DNA of 44,569 nt from the NCBI GenBank assembly GCA_002869405.1, contig PKSY01000107.1:1-44569 (forward strand), in the 5' to 3' direction. Made by a program: the position numbers and the translations under genes. Under the pieces are notes generated by a model. It did no database searches and was not told where the DNA came from. It saw only the letters and a program-made list of their open reading frames with translations. This DNA is from Marinilabiliales bacterium (GTDB lineage: Bacteria > Bacteroidota > Bacteroidia > Bacteroidales > BM520). Positions 28,904-37,953 of this stretch are shown piece by piece (within the stretch, counting starts at the first letter, position 1; every line of letters begins with the position of its first letter).

Positions 28904-29284
28904 ATGAAAGATTTATTTTACATGGGTGGGACAATGTTCATGAGCATCCTCACCATTCTACTAATTATCATGGTTGCATGGTATATTTTTCACACAGTAC
29001 GATTCTTTATAAACCCGGATTTGGGAAAAGAGAAGGCTCTGCGTCAGTTGATGTACGGTCGGTCTATCGGATTGTTTTCCATTATCACAGGTATCACCGG
29101 ACAGATGGTTGGATTGTTTGCTGCGTTTGATGCCATTGAAAAGGCAGCAGATATTTCGCCTGCCCTGGTTTTTGGAGGCGTCAAGGTTTCTATGATTACA
29201 ACTATGTATGGTATCTTGATATTCCTTTTTGGATTGATTATATGGTTTATTGTAAGCCAGCTTGTTGAGCGGACTGAGCGATAG
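28904..29284 (+). CDS. Small MotA/TolQ/ExbB proton-channel family protein
   Basis: 126 aa with 3 TM segments. The block GQMVGLFAAFDAIEKAADISPALVFGGVKVSMITTMYGILIF resembles the ExbB/TolQ signature region. Confidence 0.6.
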   Translation: MKDLFYMGGTMFMSILTILLIIMVAWYIFHTVRFFINPDLGKEKALRQLMYGRSIGLFSIITGITGQMVGLFAAFDAIEKAADISPALVFGGVKVSMITTMYGILIFLFGLIIWFIVSQLVERTER

Positions 29285-29292
29285 GATTTATT

Positions 29293-29335
29293 GTACCGAC
29301 GATGCATGTACCGACGATGCATGCATCGTCGGTAC
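29293..29335. repeat. Direct repeat of GTACCGACGATGCAT (x2) merging into a perfect 28-bp palindrome (29308-29335); probable bidirectional terminator
   Basis: Read directly. GTACCGACGATGCATGCATCGTCGGTAC is its own reverse complement. It sits in the 60-nt gap between convergent genes ending at 29284 (+) and 29345 (-). Confidence 0.85.
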
Positions 29336-29344
29336 ATAAATCAT

Positions 29345-30283
29345 TTACCACGGTAATTGTAATTGTTTTACCCTCCCGGCATAGAAATCCTGAAGCTTTT
29401 GCACCAATTCAACCGGCAAAGGATTCTCAATGCTTTTCAGATTACTTTCCAATTGCGCAATTGTAGTATTCCCTGGTATCACCGTTGATACTGCATCAAA
29501 AGCAAGACAGAAAGAAATGGCAGAATGGACCAAATTTCTATCACCAATAATATCCTGTATTTCATCAACAAGGCGAGCACGGGTCTCAATATCTTTTCTA
29601 GACCATCGGGCACGAATATCATTAAAGGTACTCTCAGCATTGTATTTACCGGTCAGCCATCCGGAGTCGAGAGGTATTTTTGCAATTATGGCCACTTCAT
29701 TTTCTTCAGCAATTTTAAAAGCCCGGGCTGCATCCTGATGCAGGATGTTAAAAAATGCTTCTACTACTTTTGAGCCTGTTGTTTCGAGAAGCAGTTTTAT
29801 ATCTTCATAAGTATCCAGTGATGCACCATAAGCCTTAATCTTACCTTCTTCCTTTAAACGCTCAAGAATCTCGTAATGGTCATTCTTGTTTCCATCCAGA
29901 AATGATGAAGGAGGATTGTGAAATATCACAGAATCCACATAATCAACCTGTAAACGCTTTAAAGATCCTTCTACTGACTTTCTGATGTGACTTGATTCCC
30001 AGTTTGTACCACCATCATCAGTATGTCCAAATTTTGTATTGACAACTATTTTATCACGATCGAAGGCTTTTAGTCCTTTACCCAGGCGGCTTTCACCAGT
30101 CCCATGACCATAGTTCGGGGCAGTATCAAAAAAGTTTATTCCATTATCAAAAGCGTAATGTACCATATCAATGGCTTCCTGCTCAGTCATTCCTTTCCAG
30201 CCTGAATTCACTCCAAGCTGCCATGCGCCAAGGCCTATTTCAGAAACGGCCGGTGATTCTTTTATAAATTGCTTGTATTTCAT
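29345..30283 (-). CDS. Aldo/keto reductase
   Basis: 312 aa. Blocks GLGAWQLG, FDTAPNYGHGTGE, KFGH, and a typical AKR C-terminal half. Confidence 0.9.
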   Translation of the reverse strand: MKYKQFIKESPAVSEIGLGAWQLGVNSGWKGMTEQEAIDMVHYAFDNGINFFDTAPNYGHGTGESRLGKGLKAFDRDKIVVNTKFGHTDDGGTNWESSHIRKSVEGSLKRLQVDYVDSVIFHNPPSSFLDGNKNDHYEILERLKEEGKIKAYGASLDTYEDIKLLLETTGSKVVEAFFNILHQDAARAFKIAEENEVAIIAKIPLDSGWLTGKYNAESTFNDIRARWSRKDIETRARLVDEIQDIIGDRNLVHSAISFCLAFDAVSTVIPGNTTIAQLESNLKSIENPLPVELVQKLQDFYAGRVKQLQLPW

Positions 30284-30339
30284 ATCAATGAGTTTTGATA
30301 TGATTACAACAAGAGTAAGAAAATTCTGTTCAGATGAAT

Positions 30340-32307
30340 TTAATTCTCGTCTTTCGGCGGATTGGTAAGGATATGAACCACGCCACGGAAAATATCTTCT
30401 TTAAAGAAACCGGTACACCGCAGAATATAGTAGTAAGTACCATCGTCATGGTTTCCACCATCCCAGCTACTACCGGGCTGACCACTGTAGTCATTGTCTT
30501 CAAAAACCTTTTGTCCCCAGCGGTTATAGATTACCATAACACTGTTAAGATAAATATCGGTAATTGCTTTCCCTTCTTCACCGGTTACCTGCACTTCAAA
30601 GAAATCATTAACACCATCAGCGTTAGGTGTGAACACATCGGGGATAGTAAGTTCTGCTTCTCTGACATCAAGTGTAAGGCTTGCGGAATCGCGGCAACCG
30701 TTTACATCTTCCACAAAAACCCAAACATCATAGGCTGTTATCTCCATATTCAGCTTTTCATACAAGTGAATAGGGTTTTGCTCGGTTGAATATGTTGTAT
30801 CACCAAAATCCCAGTAATAGGTAAGTGCATTATCGCTGGTACCTGTAAAAGTAATTTTGGGGTTCTGGATATAGATACTCTCAGGATCAGCCTCAGCTTC
30901 AACGCCCGGAGACTCGAAGGTCTCTACTGTGGCAGTCTCTTTCACACTACATCCCACACTATCAACAATTGTAATGGTATAATCACCTTCGGCAAGACGC
31001 AGGGCAATACTGTCGTAATTAAAGACAATTGGCGACCAGGTATAAGTATAAGGCGACCGGGGTTGTCCGGGGGTAATCTCTTCAAAAGGAATTCCTCCGT
31101 TAACTTTTGCATGAAGTGCGCCAATTGTTGATCCCGGGCATCCTTGTCCAATCTGCTCAACATCAATTGTAATCTCAGGATACACATCAACAAAAACACT
31201 GTCTGTGCAATGGTTTATACCATCATCGATATCAACATAATACCAGGTTGCCTCGCGGGGAGAAACACGTAAAGATGTGTCAGTACTTCCGTCCGACCAC
31301 TCAAAAGTCATGTCATAGGTCATATTTACCCGGTTCAGCGTCTCAACATCAATATCAGACAACGCGCAGGAATATAATCGCACATCATCAATACCTCCCT
31401 TGAAGTTATGATCATTGGTTTGTACTGCTGCTCCGATGTAAATATCTGTCGGTGATTCCTGAGGTATCACAAAATCATCTGCAGATGCCTCCTCCTGAAT
31501 ACCGGTAACATCACCAAGATACATTGTGAGTTTTCCGTTTTCCATGACAACAACTACATGATACCAGCGCTCAGTCAGCAAAGGTGCTGTAGCGGTAATT
31601 TCAGATGTTTCTGTACCATCGGTTGTACGGAAAAAGAGCACCCCGTTTTCATTAATTCCCAATATATATGATGACTCTTCAGGAAGAACAGTTCTCCATT
31701 TATTGATAATATAGTATTCACCGTCGGAGGCACCGCTACCCCACCCTTCGGAAGGATTAATCCACGCACTCAAAGTAAAAACATTGGTAAGCTCCAGGTC
31801 TTCAGCCTGAGGAATCATAATCCGGCTTTTGGATGAAGGATTAAAAAATCCGGCCATGGCATTTTCATCATAGCGGTTTGAAAAAGGTACAACCTCGATT
31901 ACAAGACCATGGTGATTATTCCCTGAAATATCATTACCATCTGCATTAAGCGGGTATAAAGCTCTCAGGCATTCCGGTTCAATATTCTCCAACGACAATG
32001 TCAGGCTATCGCCATAGCAAATAATTGTGTCCTCTTCAACAATGGAGGCTCTTATAAGGTCTACATAAAGCGAGTCACGGGTTTCATCAGATCCGGAAAA
32101 AGCAGAAACGCTGTATTCTGCGGTCCTTTTAACATAAATCTGAGATGTAGTTTCTCCGGTATTCCAAAGGTAGCTGTCGTATCCGTTGCCGGCATCCAGT
32201 AACAGGCTGTCAATGTGACATTCCCGAATTGTGTCGGTGCTAAAAATCTGCGCTGCCAAAGGCAGAGATAAGACAATACTGAGGGTAACAAATAGTATTC
32301 TTTTCAT
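30340..32307 (-). CDS. T9SS type-B sorting (gliding-motility C-terminal) domain protein with LamG-like and PKD-like domains
   Basis: The likely start is 32307 (MKRILFVTLSIVLSLPLAAQ). The LamG/ConA-like region is LNADGNDISGNNHHG...FTLSAWINP...DDVRLYSCALS. The PKD-like block is YYWDFGDT. The C-terminal block is PDVFTPNADGVNDFFEV...IYNRWGQKVFE...WDG...GTYYYIL. Confidence 0.85.
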   Translation of the reverse strand: MKRILFVTLSIVLSLPLAAQIFSTDTIRECHIDSLLLDAGNGYDSYLWNTGETTSQIYVKRTAEYSVSAFSGSDETRDSLYVDLIRASIVEEDTIICYGDSLTLSLENIEPECLRALYPLNADGNDISGNNHHGLVIEVVPFSNRYDENAMAGFFNPSSKSRIMIPQAEDLELTNVFTLSAWINPSEGWGSGASDGEYYIINKWRTVLPEESSYILGINENGVLFFRTTDGTETSEITATAPLLTERWYHVVVVMENGKLTMYLGDVTGIQEEASADDFVIPQESPTDIYIGAAVQTNDHNFKGGIDDVRLYSCALSDIDVETLNRVNMTYDMTFEWSDGSTDTSLRVSPREATWYYVDIDDGINHCTDSVFVDVYPEITIDVEQIGQGCPGSTIGALHAKVNGGIPFEEITPGQPRSPYTYTWSPIVFNYDSIALRLAEGDYTITIVDSVGCSVKETATVETFESPGVEAEADPESIYIQNPKITFTGTSDNALTYYWDFGDTTYSTEQNPIHLYEKLNMEITAYDVWVFVEDVNGCRDSASLTLDVREAELTIPDVFTPNADGVNDFFEVQVTGEEGKAITDIYLNSVMVIYNRWGQKVFEDNDYSGQPGSSWDGGNHDDGTYYYILRCTGFFKEDIFRGVVHILTNPPKDEN

Positions 32308-32404
32308 GAACCGGTATTTTCTGATGACCGTCAAAATTAACTAAAAATCCTGTGTACAGGAACAATTTATCTATATGACGAAATATTAAACAAATTATTG
32401 TGTA

Positions 32405-32770
32405 TTAGTGATCATAGGCTCCAACCCTTAACAGTACGAGCGTACATTCATGTGCTACAATAATTCCAGCTTCGTGAGCTTTTCTTTCCAGCGAAGGATT
32501 TCCTGCTCCGGGATTAAATATAATCCGGCGAGGGTTAAGGCTGAGAAAGTAATCCTCATAGGGTTCCTGATTTTTTGCGCCCAGATACATGGTTATTGTA
32601 TCCACATCGTGCAGTTGTGGTTTTCCGGTTAGTATCTCAACATCCAGAATCTTTCCTTCCCGGCGGCCGAGCGCAACAACTTCATAATCAAGACTTCGTA
32701 ACAATCGTATTGCTTTATTGCTATATCTTGCCGGGTTCTCACTTGCTCCTGTGACTAAAGTTTTTTTCAT
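32405..32770 (-). CDS. CoA-binding domain protein (YccU/YneT-like)
   Basis: The start is probably ATG 32770 (MKKTLVTGASENPARYSNKAI). The longer track ORF would run through the terminator hairpin at 32784-32813. Confidence 0.75.
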   Translation of the reverse strand: MKKTLVTGASENPARYSNKAIRLLRSLDYEVVALGRREGKILDVEILTGKPQLHDVDTITMYLGAKNQEPYEDYFLSLNPRRIIFNPGAGNPSLERKAHEAGIIVAHECTLVLLRVGAYDH

Positions 32771-32783
32771 ATGAAACAACAAA

Positions 32784-32813
32784 CCGCAAACCCTCATATA
32801 TGAAGGTTTGCGG
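32784..32813 (-). terminator. Hairpin terminator downstream of the DUF349 gene
   Basis: On the minus-strand RNA a 9-bp stem (CCGCAAACC / GGTTTGCGG) with a 12-nt loop is followed by TTTGTTGTTT. It lies 21 nt after the stop at 32834. Confidence 0.55.
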
Positions 32814-32833
32814 CCTGTAATATTTAGTATCTC

Positions 32834-34888
32834 TTAAAATTGTTCATTCAGTATCTTCAGCTTGGCATTAAGCAGAGCTACATCCTGTTTTGCACGCTGA
32901 ATTTTTTTATCAAACTCACGCTTAAGAAGGTTCGCATTTTTCGATTCTGCCAGAAAACCAATATTATTTTCCCACAGATTAATATCGTCATTGAGTTTAG
33001 AAATCTTATTTATCAGCTGTGTACGTTCACGATACATTGCACGATTGGCATCATTACCATCTTTCATGTTTTCAATTCTGTTCTTGAAATTCATGGTACT
33101 GATTTCCATTTCATTGATTTTCAGCTGTTCAAGTTTCTCGTCCACAATACTACGGAACTCCTTCTGAACAGCATCTTTCTCTTTAATCGGAACGTGGCCA
33201 ATGCTCATCCATTCACGTTGAAACTCTTTAAGAATTGCAAGGTTCTCACTTTTCTTTGTGCCAAACTCCTGATTTTTTACACGTTCGATAAGGCTACGCT
33301 TCTTTTCAAGGTTTTCAGCTTCATGTTCATGGATATGACCAAAGAACTCCTCTTTTCTGTTGAAAAATTCATCACACGCTGCACGGAAACGCTTCCATAC
33401 TTTATCGGAGTATTTCTTAGGTACCGGGCCAATGGTCTTCCACTTCTTCTGCAAATCAATCAGTGCCCGTGTAGTCTCTTTCCAGTCTTCACTATCTTTA
33501 ATACTTTCAGCCTGATTACAAAGATCGAGTTTCAGGTTATAATTATTGATTTGCTGATCCTTAAGCTTATTAAAAAACTCTTTTTTGCGTTCAAAGAAGG
33601 CATTGAGATTTCCTTTGAAACGAGCCCATATCTCGTCATTCGTTGCTTTAGGTGCAGGACCAATGGTCTTCCATATCTTCAGCAATTCATTAACACTGTC
33701 TGTTTTAGTATTCCACTCCTTGATACTCTTGATATCACCTTTAACTACCTCTTCCACCTGCTCACAAAGCGCCAGTTTTGCATTGTAATTATTCTCCTGC
33801 TCTTCGCGGATGCGGGTATAATGATCACGGCGACGCGCATTTATCTTTTCGGTAATATTTTTAAACCTTGTCCATAACTCATCAGTTTGATCAGAAGGCA
33901 CCGGGCCTGTATCTTTCCATTCCTGATGTAATTCCTGAAGCTGTTTAAAGGATTTTATGATGGATGTTTCCAGAAGAAGCTCCTCTGCGCTCTCACATAG
34001 TTGCACCTTCTTTTCCAGGTTCTTCTTAAGGTCAAGGTCTCTGAGTTCGTTATTAATCTTTACATTGTCAAAGAATTTCTCAACAAGGAAATGATAACTC
34101 TGCCACAGATTATTGACTTCAGTTTTTGGAACCATTCCGATTTCGCGCCATTTCTCCTGAAGCGCTTTAAATTCGTCGTAACTTTTCTTTAATGGTTCAT
34201 CAGAACTAATCACATTTTTAAGTTGCTCAAGAATTTCATTCTTCGCTTCAAGATTTTTAACTTTTTGAGCTTCAAGAGCTATCTGGTACTCTTCTTTTTT
34301 CTTTCTATATATCTTAAATGCAGCACGGTATCGTGAAGCTAAAGGATCGCGGGGTTTTTGCTCATCCTCTTTTTCAGTTTCACCTGGTTCTTCTCCGGTT
34401 GTATTTTCCTGAACTTCAACGGTAACTTCGGTTTCCTGAGCTGTTTCAGGTTTAGCGTCAGTATCTTCAGCAGGAGCTTCTTCGGCTGTTTCACTTTCGG
34501 AAGTCTCCTCCTCAATACTTTCTGCTTTACTTAGTCGAAGATATGCCATCTTAACCATTCCAACCTTACGTTTCACACTGTTTATATCTTCAGTAGTGAC
34601 AAGGTTTTCGAGTTCCTCAACCAGTTGTTCACGGGTAAAATCATCATAATGGTCTTCAGCGATTTCCTCTTCTTCCTCCTCCTCTTCAGGAGTGAGTTCT
34701 TCATCCTGATTACTAACTTCTTCTTCAGGATTAGTTTCTTCAGACTTAGTTTTTTCTTCGGGAATATCGTTTGATTTTTCCGGCTTTTCTTCCACTACAG
34801 CAGTCTGATCAGCTGTGGCTTCAGATTTGGTCTCTTCCTGAAGTTGTTCCTTATTAATTTCTTCAGGTTTCAGATTTTTTTCTTCCAT
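32834..34888 (-). CDS. DUF349 repeat protein with acidic N-terminal region
   Basis: Repeated DUF349-type units occur about every 75 aa: ELWTRFKNITEKI, EIWARFKGNLNAFF, KVWKRFRAACDEFF, LQKKWKTIGPVP. The N-terminus is Glu-rich. Start taken at ATG 34888 (MEEKNLKPEE); the track start is 34930. Confidence 0.85.
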   Translation of the reverse strand: MEEKNLKPEEINKEQLQEETKSEATADQTAVVEEKPEKSNDIPEEKTKSEETNPEEEVSNQDEELTPEEEEEEEEIAEDHYDDFTREQLVEELENLVTTEDINSVKRKVGMVKMAYLRLSKAESIEEETSESETAEEAPAEDTDAKPETAQETEVTVEVQENTTGEEPGETEKEDEQKPRDPLASRYRAAFKIYRKKKEEYQIALEAQKVKNLEAKNEILEQLKNVISSDEPLKKSYDEFKALQEKWREIGMVPKTEVNNLWQSYHFLVEKFFDNVKINNELRDLDLKKNLEKKVQLCESAEELLLETSIIKSFKQLQELHQEWKDTGPVPSDQTDELWTRFKNITEKINARRRDHYTRIREEQENNYNAKLALCEQVEEVVKGDIKSIKEWNTKTDSVNELLKIWKTIGPAPKATNDEIWARFKGNLNAFFERKKEFFNKLKDQQINNYNLKLDLCNQAESIKDSEDWKETTRALIDLQKKWKTIGPVPKKYSDKVWKRFRAACDEFFNRKEEFFGHIHEHEAENLEKKRSLIERVKNQEFGTKKSENLAILKEFQREWMSIGHVPIKEKDAVQKEFRSIVDEKLEQLKINEMEISTMNFKNRIENMKDGNDANRAMYRERTQLINKISKLNDDINLWENNIGFLAESKNANLLKREFDKKIQRAKQDVALLNAKLKILNEQF

Positions 34889-35027
34889 TATTAATTCTGT
34901 TAGTTTGACAGATAAGCGTTCGCTTCCCATCAGGGAATATGATATTGATAGTTTCTATTAAATCACTTTATAATAAGGAGTGCAAAAATAGCAATAATAA
35001 GGATTTATGAAAATAAAATTAAAATTA

Positions 35028-37322
35028 TCAATAAAGGCTGGAGCGGTTGAAAATCACATAACCCAGGTTAAATAGTATTTGCCAGGGTTGCTCTGTGCCG
35101 GCATAATAAGTTACAGATAATGAAGCAGGCAAAACAGTGTTGTTTAATACCAGAGCTGCTGAAGCACCATGATAAATTTTGCTTAACGGATCTCCAAGCT
35201 CAACCAGCTGATCTTCAACCTCAAGGAGTTCACGGTACGGTAGAAACGCAAATATATCACATCGCAGGTCAATGGGATTTACCAGTGAGAAATTCCCTCT
35301 GGTTCCAACACCGACCCAGTTATTTGCCCTGTATTCGGGAATAAACAGCAGCTTACTTTGAGGAACAGGACGAAATGGAGGCGCCTGAATCTTTGCCGCC
35401 ATAAAGTTTCCAAAGAGATCACGGTTAGAGATTATACTTTCAGCATAAATGCCGGGAATAAACACACCAAGTTTATTGAAATACCGCTCATAAAAGAGAT
35501 GTAGCTGAATCCAGCGGTGACGGTCAGAAAACTCCTCCGGGTATAATGATGTTGACCCCGGGTCATAACTCTCTGTTCCTGAAACATAACGCAAGGATGC
35601 CATAATTTGCTCTCCATGGGTGGCAAAGGCTTTCTGATTCAGCGTATTTTTCTCATAAATCATTGCAAACGAGAAATTCCCGAAGCCTGTAATATCACTG
35701 GTATCCTGACGCGTAAAAGCATTGGTATGATAATAGGAGTCGGACATATTCGTTCCCACAAAATCGATTGACATTTTACTTGTGTTGGTAACCGGAACTC
35801 CGGCAGTAAACCGTAAATAGTTGTCATTCTGCACCAAAAAACTCGGGGATTCATCTCCCACAAAGTATCGCGATGTACTAAAATAATCACGGCTGTTCAG
35901 TGCACCGATAAACTCAGCATAAAACGGGGGATCGGTTGGGTATTCCAGCCGTGCACGAAGTAAAAAGCTATTGTAGAAGCTTCCTACATACACATTTCCG
36001 GTAAATGTCCATGAATAGCCATTAAGAAGTTTATATCTAAAGCCAAGAAAAGCCTGATTGGCAGCTGAAGAAGTAATATTACCGCCAAAAGATAGTGTAA
36101 AGTCCTTCGCCGGATCAATATCCAGGAAGATATCAAAATACCCTGTCCCGGGGTTATACCTGCTTCGCGGGTATACTGAGGCAATCTTATCGTCGGCAAT
36201 AAGACGAAAATAGTTCGGCTTTAACTGGCTGACAGTAATAATATCGGATTCCTGCTTGAGCAGCATATTCACATATGATGCCTGCCTGGGTTTTAATCCT
36301 ATGGTATTAATATTCTGAAAAAGTAAGGGTGGAAACTGGTTTTTAAATATACTTCGGTTTAGTTATACTTCGGAAGGAGTAACCTCCCTTTCAATTTTAT
36401 CTTTTATGGGTTGCATCTCTCTGATTGCCGCAACGTAACCGCTGTCAACAATTGAGTTGGGGGTACTGAAATCCAGAAGCTCCAGAAACCTTACATTTGG
36501 TTTCACAAGAACACCTAATGAATCCGGAATGGAGTAATCGGTGTTCGTCATGAAGATGGTCTGCAGAATAGAAATCATATCGTCGGTGGAAGGCTTATCA
36601 TAATTTCCAACCACCACTGATCCGATCACAACATCCGGGTTAAAGTCTTCCAGTGCCACATCAACAGGAAAGTTATTGTACATTCCTCCATCCATCATCA
36701 CTTTCCCGTTAATTTCAATCGGTTTAAAGTAAAAAGGAAAAGACATTGAAGCCCGGATTGCTGAGCCCAGGTCACCGGAACGCGAAATATAGGCCTTGTT
36801 TTCTTCGATATTGGATGCTACACAACGAAAAGGCACCATTAGGTTATTGAAATCATAACCACAAGCGGCAGAGGGCTGTGCAAAAAACTGAAGAAATGCG
36901 AAATCCATCTGATAGGGAGATATAATGTTTGTGGGAACCAATTGTGCTGAAAACACCGAGTCCACATCAAATTTTACATTAACCCATTCAGCATCATCAG
37001 CCTCTCTTTTATAGAAAAACTGATACTCATCTTCTATTTCTCCGGTGAGCCATGTATCAAATGCCTCAGAATTAAAGTGATCTATCATTTGCTGTGGTGA
37101 CATTCCGGCGGCATACATTCCTCCAACTATGGCGCCCATTGAAGTGCCGGCAATAAAATCGATGGGGACATTATTCTCCTCCAAAGCCTTGATAACACCA
37201 ATATGAGCCAATCCTTTTGCGCCTCCTCCCGACAATACAAGTGCTACTTTCTGGGCCATACCTTGTAACAGAATCAGGTTCAGAAGTATAATAAGCAATG
37301 TATTTCTAATTGTGTTTCTCAC
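35028..37322 (-). pseudogene. Patatin-like phospholipase with C-terminal Omp85-type beta-barrel, split by one in-frame TAA (36363-36365)
   Basis: Track ORFs 36363..37322 and 35028..36272 are in the same frame. The 90 nt between them translate without a stop (LNRSIFKNQFPPLLFQNINTIGLKPRQASY). The patatin motifs are LSGGGAKGLAHIG and GTSMG. The C-terminal half has alternating beta-strand character and a C-terminal aromatic residue. The total is about 764 aa, as in full-length Bacteroidota homologs. Confidence 0.8.
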
Positions 37323-37432
37323 CGGGGGTATCTTCTATGTCTCCAACGAACCAATTATGGGTTCAGTATTTATCTGTAACAAAATTACCATAAAGGTTAC
37401 AAATCTCACAACATATCATCGAATAATATAAA

Positions 37433-37464
37433 AAAGGTCGCCCAATTCACATTGAACGACCTTT
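37433..37464 (-). terminator. Rho-independent-type terminator after the HMA gene
   Basis: Minus-strand RNA reads AAAGGTCG-(16 nt loop)-CGACCTTT followed by further Ts. It lies 23 nt downstream of the stop at 37487. Confidence 0.5.
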
Positions 37465-37486
37465 ACAATTCCTAAAACAGGACTAT

Positions 37487-37936
37487 TTATTTTTTATCAC
37501 AGCAATTAGGGTCTTTTGATTTTCCCTTGCATGATGATTTGCAATCGCTTTTTGCTTCACCTTTTTTATCGTTACACTTCGACTCGCAATCCTTCTTTGA
37601 ATCTTTGCACTCTTTTCCGGTGTCTTTGCAATCACCTTTCATAACTTTTCCGTCGTAACCAAGTTTTGTAATTTCTGCAGCAAGCGTCTCAGGATTTGTT
37701 TTCTGAGGATCATACTCAATGGTTACAATTTTGGTTTCAACATCTGCAACAACGTCTTTCACACCTTTTTCAAAAGCCATGTGCTTCTCAATAGTGCTTT
37801 TACATCCATTGCAATCAACCTTTGCACTGATTTTTGTAGTTTCTGTTTTTTTGCCATCAGCAAACACCTGTGGTGACAGGGTTACTAAAAACATCATAGC
37901 AAATACTGTGGCAGTAATTTTAATCATTGTTTTCAT
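37487..37936 (-). CDS. Secreted heavy-metal-associated (HMA) domain protein with Cys/Lys-rich C-terminal tail
   Basis: 149 aa with a signal peptide. The HMA fold has a CxxC motif (KVDCNGCKSTIEKHM...VTIEYD). The tail is GDCKDTGKECKDSKKDCESKCNDKKGEAKSDCKSSCKGKSKDPNCCDKK. Confidence 0.8.
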   Translation of the reverse strand: MKTMIKITATVFAMMFLVTLSPQVFADGKKTETTKISAKVDCNGCKSTIEKHMAFEKGVKDVVADVETKIVTIEYDPQKTNPETLAAEITKLGYDGKVMKGDCKDTGKECKDSKKDCESKCNDKKGEAKSDCKSSCKGKSKDPNCCDKK

Positions 37937-37953
37937 AATTCTAATTTTTGAGT

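Noticed and set aside
29044-29337. 97-aa minus-strand ORF beginning MYRRCMHRRYMHRRY
   Set aside because: Its repetitive N-terminus is just the translation of the 15-mer repeat/palindrome at 29293-29335. The rest is antisense to the MotA/ExbB-like gene.
32840-33877. 345-aa ORF on the plus strand, the longest unexplained ORF in the track
   Set aside because: It lies entirely antisense to the DUF349 gene. Its composition (F/L/I/K-rich, low complexity) mirrors the Glu/Lys/Asn-rich codons of the real gene, and it has no recognisable motifs.
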